DNA of 61,694 nucleotides, filler included, from Chiloscyllium plagiosum (Eukaryota), in assembly GCF_004010195.1 (NCBI RefSeq). It is 4 parts of one record of this genome, joined end to end, with 100 filler letters (N's around TTAATTAATTAA, not from the genome) between each part and the next. Parts side by side here need not be neighbours in the genome. Positions count along the whole stretch, not along the records: positions 37,711 to 55,283 come from NC_057711.1; 3 more parts are not named here. One strand, 5' to 3'. Numbering within the stretch: the first letter of the stretch is position 1; each line of letters starts with the position of its first letter. A program made the position numbers and the translations under genes. Positions 39,498 through 50,629 of the stretch are shown here, piece after piece. The notes under the pieces are model-generated. The model saw only the letters and a list, made by a program, of their open reading frames with translations, was not told where the DNA came from and did no database searches.

Positions 39498-41265
39498 TTT
39501 GAGAGAGTCTGAAATAGTCACAATCTCAACCATAGTCAGTAAAGACAGACCAAGCATGAAGTATCCTCCAAATGGATCTCCTCCAATATCTTACCATCTT
39601 GGCCTTACATTTGAGGTGGTCTTATTGACTTCTTTCTCATCTATGTCAGGTACATTGGTTCACCCTCCTCTCTCCTACCGAAGTATTTGGAAAAAGGACT
39701 AATATTTGTCTTGTTGTTTGACAGTGATAATTTTAATGTGTTTCAAGCTCTACTTTCAAGAGAAGACATAGAGAAATAGCAGAAATCTGTATGATTTGCT
39801 AAGCCAGCTGATGCCTGTCCATTTTATAAAGCATCGAATTTCTGAGTTTTAGTCATTTTTTCACCTATTGTCCTGTAGCCTTTCCCTTTCTCCTACCTCT
39901 CTTAAGTCTTTTGAATCACCGGTTTTTTGATCTGGGGTCCAATCTGTTTAAGTCGCTTCCAGTTCATACTAGGTTAATGATACACTCAATAAGCCCCAGT
40001 CCCCTTGCTTTGACCTCAGGGTCTCCTTTCCTACTCAGTAATTCCTCAGCTTGGGTAAGTTGGGCATTAATGTCCTGACGTGTTGTTGGCTGTTGGGCAA
40101 ATAGTCCTTTTCTGTCTTTGGGACTCTCCCTCCTGGGTCCCAGCATCCTAATGAGGATCTGTCATCTAAATTACCCTCTGCAGGCTCATCAGATGGTGGT
40201 GTCTGTGTTACCGTGTGGGATCTCTGCAACACCCTGCGCTTGTCTGAAATTTCATGTTTTACTTATAAGGATGCTCGAGATCACCTTGTTAATAAATTTA
40301 TGTCTCGTAAATCTAGTTGGAGGAGTAGTTGTATTTCTTCCTCTGTCCATACATAACCTCTTCTCCCAGGTCTTGACTGTTTCTAAGTGCTTCTGGTAAC
40401 ATACTTCCAGGTACCTACAGTGTTGTGTCGGCCAAGGCCAATCTTGGATATACATTTAAGCTCACATACGTGGCAGCTGTTGGCTCCTAACTGTTCACCT
40501 GAGCTTCTACCATCACATTCAACATAATGCCATGCTATAAGAGTCGTATTCACCACTTTTTTCTGCACTTAGTGCAGTTAATTAATTTGATGTCATTTCA
40601 AGAGATGTTGAAAAACAACCAATTGTGGGAAAGAGTAATTCATTTGCAAACAGAAAAGCCAATCTACAAGATAATAGATCTCTGTCACTTCAGCACAGTC
40701 ATATGTTGGTTCAGTAATGATTGGTTCTGTACAATTCATCATTTTTGTTGTTTCTTCACTGACCTCTAAATTATTCATGACATCTTTATTATGGTTATCA
40801 ATATAGAAGGTTCACATCTGAAAGATATGTTGATAAAATATGGAGCTGGAAAGGCATCCTGATGAGGAGTCCCAACTGAAACGTTAACTTTCCTGGTCCT
40901 CCGACACTGCCTGACCGGCTGTACCTTTCCAGCTCCACATTTTATGGACTCTGACTTCCAGCATCTTCCATCATTTGGAAGATGCTTTGTTGGTTGCACT
41001 CCACCTCCCCAACCCCCAGTATCTCCTTCCATAACATGTGTCTGGCACTTACTGGCACATCGGGCCTGATTCCTGGAGCGGAGTCTATATTGGCGATAAC
41101 AAAAAGTCTTTGTGGGCTCAATACTGTCTCCTCCATCTGTGTGGAGGCAGATTTCTTACTGATATTGATGGTCTTACTGGCTTCTATGTGGCATCCACAT
41201 TTTTCATGGATCGCTTCAACCGATGATACTGCAGGGAGGATAATTTTATCTGGGACGCAGCTCAT
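39498..41265 (-). pseudogene. Decayed R2 ORF (ZF-ZF-ZF-Myb and start of RT)
   Basis: Across frameshifts: FCLQ..FQHLLK*H; CTKCRKK..IAWHYVEC; CHVCELKCISKIGLGRH; RRGYVWTEEEIQLLLQL; HKFINKVISSILISKT..EISDKRRVL (40227-40655); LYKMDRHQLA; RP/DGKIL..LY*LWL (39527-39605). Confidence 0.85.
40833..40968. mobile_element. Short PLE-derived insert within the R2 ORF
   Basis: cctgatga..gaaacgtt core and PLE terminal sequence with a short inverted arm. Degenerate TSD cat(c/t)tg(a/g)aagat. Confidence 0.75.
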
Positions 41266-41380
41266 CCAGACTGAAGTGGATCTTAACTAGACACCATTCA
41301 ACTCTCTCTTTGCATTGACACCCAACAATGTTGGATATTGAGAAGCCCGTGGACCAACATCCATCTCGCGTTTTCTCTCA

Positions 41381-41542
41381 TTATTGATCGAATTAGCCAG
41401 CCAGCGAGATCACTGCTGCTGTTTGTGGTGAGGACAGCAAGGAGGCACAACCAACAAAATGGTAAGTAAAAATGCATTTTAAAACAATCGCCTTGGTAAC
41501 TAGCCAGGCAAGGCACCCGTGGGAGACATAGTTACTCCCGCC
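41381..41542 (-). ncRNA. HDV-like self-cleaving ribozyme of the R2 5' UTR (partly decayed)
   Basis: P2 TTGTTGGTTG (41448-57) pairs with CGATCAATAA (41381-90) at all 10 positions (3 G-U). P3/L3 GC-CTCCTT-GC, P4 hairpin cagcagcag-tgat-ctcgctggctg, J4/2 CTAA (41393-96). Confidence 0.75.
41521..41542 (-). rRNA. 28S rRNA fragment upstream of the R2 target site (not an rRNA gene)
   Basis: GGCGGGAGTAACTATGTCTCCC versus 28S GGCGGGAGTAACTATGACTCTC(TTAAGG): 20/22 identical. Confidence 0.85.
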
Positions 41543-41962
41543 AAATGATTTATGCACATTCACCCAGGTATCTCTTCTCCTGTACAACCTTTACAGTAGT
41601 GCCCATATTTAACTTTATTTTTCCATGTCTTTTCTACGAAAATATGTCACTTCCCATTTCTCCACATTGAACTACATCTGGCACCCACTCAAACAACTTG
41701 AACATGTCCTTTTGAAGTTCTGTACTGTCCTCACAGTTTACAACCCCTGCACACCATTATCAAAATCATTAATATAAATCATGAAAACCAAGGGCCTCAA
41801 TATTGGTTCAAAATCAGTACAACTAGAATATTTGTAATTCTCCAGTCCTCTGGCACCATGTTCATGTCCACAGAAGATTGAAAGATTATGGTGGATGCCT
41901 TGATTTGCAATTTCCCCTTCTTTAAATACCCTTGGATGCTTCTCATCTGGACCACATTTCAT

Positions 41963-43277
41963 TTTCTGGATTAGTGGTGCTGGAAGAGCATAGCAGTTCA
42001 GGCAGCATCCGAGGAGCATTAAAATCAATGTTTCGGGCAAAAGCCCTTCATCAGGAATAAAGGCAGAGAGCCTGAAGGGTGGAGAGATAAGCTAGAGAAG
42101 GGTGGGGGTGGGGAGAAAGTAGCTTAGAGTACAATAGGTGAGTGGGGGAGGNNNNNNNNNNNNNNNNNNNNNNNNNNNNNNNNNNNNNNNNNNNNNNNNN
42201 NNNNNNNNNNNNNNNNNNNNNNNNNNNNNNNNNNNNNNNNNNNNNNNNNNNNNNNNNNNNNNNNNNNNNNNNNNNNNNNNNNNNNNNNNNNNNNNNNNNN
42301 NNNNNNNNNNNNNNNNNNNNNNNNNNNNNNNNNNNNNNNNNNNNNNNNNNNNNNNNNNNNNNNNNNNNNNNNNNNNNNNNNNNNNNNNNNNNNNNNNNNN
42401 NNNNNNNNNNNNNNNNNNNNNNNNNNNNNNNNNNNNNNNNNNNNNNNNNNNNNNNNNNNNNNNNNNNNNNNNNNNNNNNNNNNNNNNNNNNNNNNNNNNN
42501 NNNNNNNNNNNNNNNNNNNNNNNNNNNNNNNNNNNNNNNNNNNNNNNNNNNNNNNNNNNNNNNNNNNNNNNNNNNNNNNNNNNNNNNNNNNNNNNNNNNN
42601 NNNNNNNNNNNNNNNNNNNNNNNNNNNNNNNNNNNNNNNNNNNNNNNNNNNNNNNNNNNNNNNNNNNNNNNNNNNNNNNNNNNNNNNNNNNNNNNNNNNN
42701 NNNNNNNNNNNNNNNNNNNNNNNNNNNNNNNNNNNNNNNNNNNNNNNNNNNNNNNNNNNNNNNNNNNNNNNNNNNNNNNNNNNNNNNNNNNNNNNNNNNN
42801 NNNNNNNNNNNNNNNNNNNNNNNNNNNNNNNNNNNNNNNNNNATCTGGTGTATTCTGTGGTGGAACTGGTCGTCCTGGGAGCAGATACGGCGGAGGCGGA
42901 GGAATTGGGGATACGGGATGGCATTTTTGCAAGAGGTAGGGTGGGAAGAGGTGTAATCCAGGTAGCTGTGGGAGTTGGTGGGTTTGTAAAAAATGTCAGT
43001 GTCAAGTCGGTCGTCATTAATGGAGATGGAGAGGTCCAGGAAGGGGAGGGAGGTGTCAGAGATGGTCCAGGTAAATTTAAGGTCAGGGTGGAATGTGTTG
43101 GTAAAGTTGATGAATTGCTCAACCTCCTCGGGGGAGCACGAGGTGGCTCCAATGCAGTCATCAATGTAGGGGAGGAAGAGGTGGGGAGTGGTGCCGGTGT
43201 AATTACGGAAGATCGACTATTCTACGAAGCCAACAAAGAGACTGGCATAGCTGGGGCCCATCCGTGTGCCCATGGCT
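41963..43277 (-). mobile_element. 5'-truncated PLE spanning a sized gap
   Basis: RT segment homologous to 25680-26120, hammerhead at about 42028-42055, TSD accacatttcat on both sides. Confidence 0.9.
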
Positions 43278-45261
43278 ACCACATTTCATGTCAAGTCTAA
43301 TTAACAACAGCATACCTCTTCCTCAACATCATCAATTTTGAACCATTCGAGTGACTGAGTTTCTTCCATTTTCACTGCGGCCTGAGTAACATTTGTTTCC
43401 TTGTTGAAGACAAATACAAAATATTCACTTAACTACTTTAGCCATGTCCCCTGCCTTATACTCAAATCTCAGTCTGTCCTTTTATCACCCTGTTTGTGCT
43501 TATAGAAGACTTTAGAATTATTCTTTCGTTAACTTCCTGTCTTTTTAATAATCCATCTTGGCTTCTCTTATTTGACTTTGTGAATATTTTGTATTCATTT
43601 TGGTTCTCCGTTACATTTCTGTCTAACACCTGTCATATTTCCTTCGTCATAATTCCTAAGTCCTTTTTCATCCAGGGTATTCTGGCTTTGTTTGTCCATT
43701 ATTAATACTTGCTTACATTTGTACATTTTCAGAATTGTATATGTTCTCATTTTGACCACGTGAAATACAGCTCAACAATGTGCACAGCAGAAGGAACATA
43801 ACAATCTTAGCATATAATGAGGCAATCAATTAAAAAATGTTTGTCATTTTGCAATAGTTACTTAATCATAATATTCAACACATGTTTTGAGTAACACTAA
43901 GGTGCAATGCGTCTTTTGGACATGACCTATCGGAAATACTCTCCAAAGACTATGTAAATCCAATGTTTTGTCATGTTCATACCAGCATCTTCTAAAACTA
44001 ACGGTTTACCACAGAGACTTATTAAATTATATTAGCTTTAGATGAGCATAAAATCATTGGTGTAAATGAGATTTATATCTTTGAAACGTAGTGACGTTTC
44101 CTTTGGATGGCAAAAGCAATGTGGCCTTTTTTAATGTCACTTGGTGGAGAATCTATTGCTCAAACAGAATTGTAGCTTATTTTTAAATGGGCTTTCAATG
44201 CAAATAAGTGTCACATTGGAATGATGAAATGGAGCAGAAAATAGAGGGGTTAGAAATCAAAACACTAAGGAATCATCCCTGAATTATCAGCAAAATTGCA
44301 TCAGAAATTATATTGCATCCATTCACAATTTGTGGTGCACCAGACAATCAAAATAGAGAAAAATATAGCAGCAATGATCAGACGGTTTCATATAACATGC
44401 AATCAAACAGACATAAATATGTTGGGTTAGAAGGGTTAATGATGTTTCTCCACGGAGCTTGAAGAAAGTTCCTAAGAAAATCTTGTGGTTTCTGGGGGAG
44501 GGATTTCCCCTTTCCCAGTAACAATGCAAATAGGATGCAAAGTCAAGGTGATCTCCAGATATGCAGCAGCAGGGCTGTGAGCAAGCTGTTAAAAACAATG
44601 TATAACTTGAAGTTGAATTTTTATATTGTATTTTGAGAGTTAAAAAGGGGAAAACATGGTTTAGTTTCATTTTAAATTTGTTCTGTGCACAGTGCAAGAA
44701 ATGATTTAAGATCTTGTTTACTTACAGGAATTTTAATGAGAGTTTTTTACATTGAACTGAGGAGCTAGGGTTGAAGGTGCTGTCTAAGGAGACTTGGTGA
44801 ACTTCTGTTATGTATCTTGTGCACACTGCAGTCACTGAGGAAATGACAGCATGTTCACATGGACAGAGATGCACTCACTAGGCAACTGGTTTACATGAGA
44901 TGAGACCTCTGGAAGAAAGAATAATTTGCAACTATTGAAAGGAGGCAGAACAGCTCAAAACCTATGAAGCAGTGCTATTGAATCTGAAATGTAGCTTTGC
45001 ACCTTGCTGGAATTATGTTATTTGCAATCCAAACCTAAGTTGTATGTGACTATATACTGGAAGTGATATGACTAACATTGGCTTCACAACAGTTGGATAT
45101 CAGGTTATCACTTTGCTTTTCTGGTAGTTCATTGTTAATGTCACAGTGCTGTATCAAAATCCTGATTAGGAGGAGGATATTTGAAGGCACAGGGCAAGTT
45201 AACAACCAAAAATATTTAAAAACAAAAGCAGAAAGACATCACTAACTACTGTGTGTCAACC

Positions 45262-47610
45262 ATGGCACAATTGGTAGGACTTTTATATCGGAGTCACATG
45301 GTTCTGCCTCAATACAAGATTTGATCACAAAAATCAAGACTGAAACACACTATCAGCTAACAGAGTCCGCATGGCTTCATGAAGGGGACGTCATGCCTAA
45401 CAAGTGCGTTGCAGGTCTTTGAGGAAGTAACAAGCAAGTTAGATAAAGGAGAACCAGTAGAAGTAATATATTTGGTTTTCCAAATGGTATTTGATAATTT
45501 AAGTAACTTAATGTGTGTTACCTTATGGTTCCAAGAGTAGTATATTAGCAGAGATAGATGATTGACCAACCAATAGAAGATAGAGAGTTGGGATGAGGAC
45601 GTGTTTTCAGGATGGCAACCTGTAACTAGTGGAGTACCACAGGCATCAGTGCTGAACCACACTTATTTACAATATATATTAATGAATTGGATGATGGAAG
45701 TGAATGTACTATCACTAAGCTTGTGAATAACATAAATCAGCAGGAAGATAAGTAGTGAGAGTGTCACAAGGAATTTAGAGGGATATGGCCAGGTTAAGTG
45801 AGTGGGCAAAAAAACTTGACAGAATATAATGTGGAAAAATGTGAGGTTGTTCATTTGCAGGCAGAATAGAAAAGCTGAATGTTATTTAATTGGACAAAGA
45901 CAGCAAAAATCTGCAGTACAGAGGGGTTCAGGGTTCTAATTGCATGCATCACACAAAGCTAGTACCTAAATTCAGTGATAAATGAGAAAGACAAATGGAA
46001 TGTTTGCCTTTATTACAAAGGGAATATTGTATAAAAATAAGGAAGTCTTGGCAAGAGTATGCAAGGGACTGTCTAGATTACAGTTAGGATAGTTTTGTTC
46101 CACTTCTCTGAGGAAAGATATGCTGGCATTGGAAACAAACCAGTTGATCCTGGCGTTATGAAGTTGAAGGCATGTACTGTACTTTTGAGAGAGAGTGAAT
46201 GTTATTTTGCACTGACACCTAACAAGCACCTGTCATATGATTAGCTAGCAGTCTGAGTGTACTGGGAAATTTAAAATATGTCACATTTCGCTGTGAAATC
46301 TATGCCTGAGTTGGTTGCTGTTTTGACAACAATTAAAATTTAACCAATCAGTTTAAACTATGCCTCAGGATACTAAAACCCAATCAAATTTGAATTTATT
46401 GTTTTTGCCAACATCAAACCAATGGGACAATCCGATATTGGGGGTATTAAAAAAAACGGAGTTTGAAAGTTAGACAGAGTAACGGCCACCGAGAAAGACT
46501 CAAAAGATTGAAACACTCTCTATCAAAGGTACCTTTTTCGTATGAAACATCATCGCAGTAAAAGGAAAAAGACAAGCCAGGGACAACTTCAACTGAAAGG
46601 AAGAAAGACATCGGAGACAACAACCACTGTATCGTTTTGCAATTAATGTAATTTTAAAGTAAGTGTTTATTGGAACAGCATATTGTTATCGAGTTAGATG
46701 TGGGTTATAAACAGTTAAGAGAAAGGGGGTTCTTAGAGTTGTGAATAGTTGTTGCATAATGTTCACTTTTAGAGTTAAAGAATAAATTGATATTATTTTC
46801 TTTAAGTAGTGGAACCACATCTTAGTAATCTAATTCCACTCATATTTTAACAGATTATGAGGTGAGGTGAGCTTTTCTAGTGTTTGGTTTAATTAACAGA
46901 GGGGTTCACCCCCAATTCGTAACACTGGATATCATGGGGATTTAATGAGGAGACATTGAGTAGGTTGGACCTGTACTCATTAGAGTTCAGAAGATTGAGA
47001 GGTGATCTTATTGAAGCATATAGTATTCTTAGGGTGCTTGACATTGAACTTGCAAAGAGATTGTTTCCCATTCTGGGACAGAATCTCAGCATAATGCAAC
47101 ATCAATTAAAGATAGGTGAGGAGTACTTTGTTCTCTGAAGGTGGTGAATTTATGAAATTCTTTACCACGGAAGGCTGTCACAGTTGGGTCAGCAAGTATA
47201 TTCAAGGCTGAGACAGACATGTTTCTAATTATTCAATGAAATCAAGATTTATGGGGATAAGGCAGGAAAGTGGAGTTGAGAATTATCAAACCTACAGTGA
47301 TCTCATCGAATAACAGGTGGAGTAAACGGGCTGAATGGCCTCCTCCTGCTCTTCACTGAATCATAAGAACAGCGGGATTGTGGAATTGTTGAAGGTTCCC
47401 TTTACTTGTTTGGATAGATATAAAGTATTCTCTGGTGCCATTTTGAAAGAGAGCGATGATATAATCCTCACTAATTTGTAACCCTCGATCGACATCACAA
47501 AAGCAGATTATTTGGTCACTATCACATGGTTGCCTGTGAGAGGTTACTGTGCACAACTTGGCTGATGCATTTTCCCCTTTATAACGGTGATGGCACTTGA
47601 AAAAACATTT
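45262..47610 (+). mobile_element. Deu-domain SINE (SacSINE1-like) split by a CR1 LINE (about 45357-47352)
   Basis: tRNA-like head at 45262-45356. The Deu core cagattatttggtcactatcacat..ctgtgcacaacttggctg resumes after 47353. The intervening CR1 has RT motifs and a 3' UTR. Confidence 0.65.
46154..46924 (+). mobile_element. Solo LTR, family B (771 bp)
   Basis: Termini cGTTAtGA...TCGTAACA (imperfect inverted repeat), perfect TSD CTGG, AATAAA at 46781. Confidence 0.85.
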
Positions 47611-48679
47611 TTGGCAAAATCTTATACAGGTAAATTTTGTGGCAGAGTCAGATGAGAAGTCCAGTGACACCTTTCTATACAACAGGAGCATCTGATTGCA
47701 CCTTTTGTGCTTTTGACAAGTAATGTGGTGAATTTCTTGCTCGGCAGCTGTGAGTTGCTAATTAATGGGAAATGTTTGCTTACTTACTTAGCATCTACCT
47801 GCATGCTTAAACCATCCGTGGCTTGCCTTGCTGTGTCAGTTAGTGCAGACACACAACTTGCCTTCCTGGTCAATAGCCTTCAGTCAAGGGGGTCTATAGG
47901 GCAGTTAGCTACAACAATCTCACACCTAATCCATAGGCCAGCAGCTTAAGTAGCAAACTCATTGCATGGGGAGCAAGCCTCAAAGTGTCTCAAAATGTTA
48001 GGGGAGTAGTCCTCAAAAAAGTCCATGGGGACATCTGTTGGTCAGGGGGTCCCAGCACAGTAGACCAAGCACAGTCTCCAAAAAACAGTTCAGGAAACTG
48101 GCTGCATTCAAATATCCAGTCAGGATGGTTTTAGTTAAGGGGTCTATGTGTCTGCAAGTGAGAGTATTTTTTAATTTGTTCATGGAATGTGGATATCCAA
48201 CATTGCCCATCCCCAATGGGTAGTTTAGAGTCAACCACATTGCTGTGTGTCTTTAGTCACATGCAGGCCAGATCAGGTAAGGATAGCAGGTTTCCTTTCC
48301 TAAAGGGCATTAGTAAACCAGACAAGTTTTTGTCACAAATTGGTATAGTTAAATGGATGCTATTAGGTTTGCTTTTTATTCCAGAGTTTTATTGAATTCA
48401 AACTGGGATATCTCCAAACACTAACCAGTGATTCTGGATTACTTGCCCAGTGACATGACTGCCTTCCTTTGAGTATGTCATGGTCATGAGGAGTCCAAAG
48501 AAACTAAGTAGGCTGTACTGAGGGCAGGCAGCTTTAAAGGAGATGGGAGGGTTAGGTTGGGGTGAGAGCACATCAGGGAAGATGTTGCAGGCAATAGTGT
48601 GAGTGGCAGAGGGTCTTCCAGGGGGGCTATAGTAGAGATAGTGAGTGTGAGGTAGCAGAGAGAAGAGTGTGGTACTTAC

Positions 48680-48886
48680 CCTAGCAGAGCAAAGAATGTA
48701 AATGACTTTCTTACGGCACTCTTACTGCGGAGACAGCACTGACCTGGCTGATGATCATGGGCTAAGAAGCCAGGGTATGGTTGCACGGCCTCCTCAGCTG
48801 GTCCTCTGGGAAGAGGACTCCTCTTCTTTGCACCACCTCCTCTGACCCAACTTTGGAATGTCAGTGAACTGTGGTTTTTTAGACAT
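48680..48886 (-). pseudogene. PIF/Harbinger Myb/SANT-protein exon 1 remnant
   Basis: GCCATG start; MSKKPQFTD..EEVVQRRGVLFPEDQLRRP..QVSAVS..CRKKV..SAR followed by a GTAAGT donor. Contains frameshifts and a stop. Confidence 0.65.
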
Positions 48887-49114
48887 GGCGCTGACACAAG
48901 AACTGCTGGTTGCTCAGTGTGTAGCCTCTGAGTAGCGAGTAGTTCTGGGAACAGCATGTGGGAAGAACTGGATAGGTAATTAATGAGGTGAGTTTGGTAA
49001 GATAAAGCAAGAAAGCTCTCTCGGCCTCATGGTGAAAACCCTCCAAAAACCTTGACACAGCTCACATCCACAAAAACATAAGATTCAGCTATTTGAAATA
49101 TCCAATAATGATCA

Positions 49115-49745
49115 GTCACAGAATCCCTATATTGCAGGTAGAATCCATTCAGCCATTAAGTCTGCACTGACCTTCCAAAGAACATCCTTCAACCATACCA
49201 CTACCCACACCTACCCCCCAACCTATCACCATAACTCTGCATTTATAATAGCTAACCCCCATAGTCTACACAGCCAATCCATAAGATCATAAGAAATCGG
49301 AGCGGAAGTAAGGCCAATCCCCAATCCAGGCCAGTAGTTCACCTCAAACACCATGGGCCCTCACCTTCCTCAACAGCCTCCCGTGAGGCACCTTATCATA
49401 GGCCTTTTGGAAGTCTAGATAGATTACATCCACTGGGTTTCCCTGATCTAACCTACCTGTTATCTCTTCAAAGAATTCTAACAGGTTTGTCAGTCACGAC
49501 CTCCCCTTACTAAATCCATGCTGACTTGTTCTAATTCGACTCTACACTTCCAAGAATTTAGAAATCTCATCCTTAAGAATGGTTTCTAGAATTCACCTAA
49601 TGTGCACATCTTTGGACTGTGGGAGGGAACTCACACAGACATGGAGAGAACATGCAAACTCCACACAGTCACCAAGGCTGGAATTGAACCCAGGTCCCTG
49701 GCTATGTGAGGCAACACTGCCGACCACTTAGCCTATGTCCTGCCC
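49115..49745 (-). mobile_element. HE1-type SINE split by a CR1 fragment (about 49280-49592)
   Basis: SINE tail at 49115-49275 and head at 49593-49745, with CR1 RT sequence between them. Confidence 0.7.
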
Positions 49746-50615
49746 CTGTAGTGCTTTTTAAGAGCAAGTCTTGCATTGTTTAAAACCAAATTAGAATGGG
49801 CACAAAATCAATGTCAGTCATCTTACAGCTCACGTAATGATTCACATTGATGTCACAATGCACTTATGGGTTAAAGGATGGATTACAGGCAAGATGATTT
49901 GTCACTTTGCATTATAGTGAAGTCTGCAAGTGAGCCAGTTTTTCGTGGACTCCAGATAACTCTTTCACCACAGATAGAAAGTAAAACAACTCGGTTTTGA
50001 GAAAGCAATGGAGAGAAAGTCACAGGGTACAGAATGTTAGAACCCAAAGCAGTCAAAGAGAATGTTTAGAATGAGGCTGTTAAATACGTAATGAATAATT
50101 ATTAATTATTCAATCTATAATAAGCCTCCAGCTGGTATTGAGTAGAGGTAAATACCAGAGGGAAAAAAATCAGAAAATAAGCAGTTTGTTATATAACATA
50201 ATGCTCTTTTACATGGGACACAAATTACAATGTTTACCATTGTGTCCCCTTCAGTTTATTTGAACTCAGTAGCTGCTCCACTTGCACACATTCTTAGGGA
50301 GGACATAGAGCAATGGAATGTATGTTATTTCTAAGCCCTTTCATTTGCTAATTTAGCAAACATATCTCACATATAACCTTTCTATAAAAATAAGCTTCTC
50401 AGCAGACTCGCCATGATAATAAACTGGTCTCAAAAAATTCAGAGTATAGTACATTGCTAGTACCTACAGAGATTGCACTCGTGGGAGGAGTGGTGTGGTA
50501 TTTCTGAGGGTCAGGAGTTTTGTGTGTGCAATTTACAATGAGGATTGACCAGTTTTCCTTTCACTCCATCAAAACGCATCAACATTATAAATCACACGGA
50601 GGCTTCGGGCCTGTA

Positions 50616-50629
50616 GTTACCATGGCAAC
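50616..50629. promoter_or_regulatory. RFX X-box motif
   Basis: GTTACCATGGCAAC is an exact match to GTNRCC-N(0-3)-RGYAAC, in sequence I could not assign to a repeat. Confidence 0.4.

Larger units (their letters stand above)
39498..41542 (-). mobile_element. R2 non-LTR retrotransposon (clade A-like), 5' half, outside rDNA
   Basis: In order on the minus strand: 28S target fragment, HDV-like ribozyme, ATG at 41265, three zinc fingers, Myb domain, RT motif 0. It is cut off by the CR1 tail at 39497. Confidence 0.9.

Noticed and set aside
39500..39660. Minus-strand GGDPFGGYFMLGLSLL resembling a viral envelope transmembrane region
   Set aside because: The neighbouring frame gives RT motif 0 (DGKIL..LWL) colinear with the R2 N-terminal domains, a much better explanation.
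41038..41466. Plus-strand ORF (MSGTYWHIG..) and a GTAAGT donor at 41462 suggesting a host exon
   Set aside because: It is the antisense of the R2 5' UTR and ORF start, has internal stops and no recognisable protein.
42051..43164. ORFs of 265-346 aa in the supplied track
   Set aside because: Artefacts of translating through the N gap.
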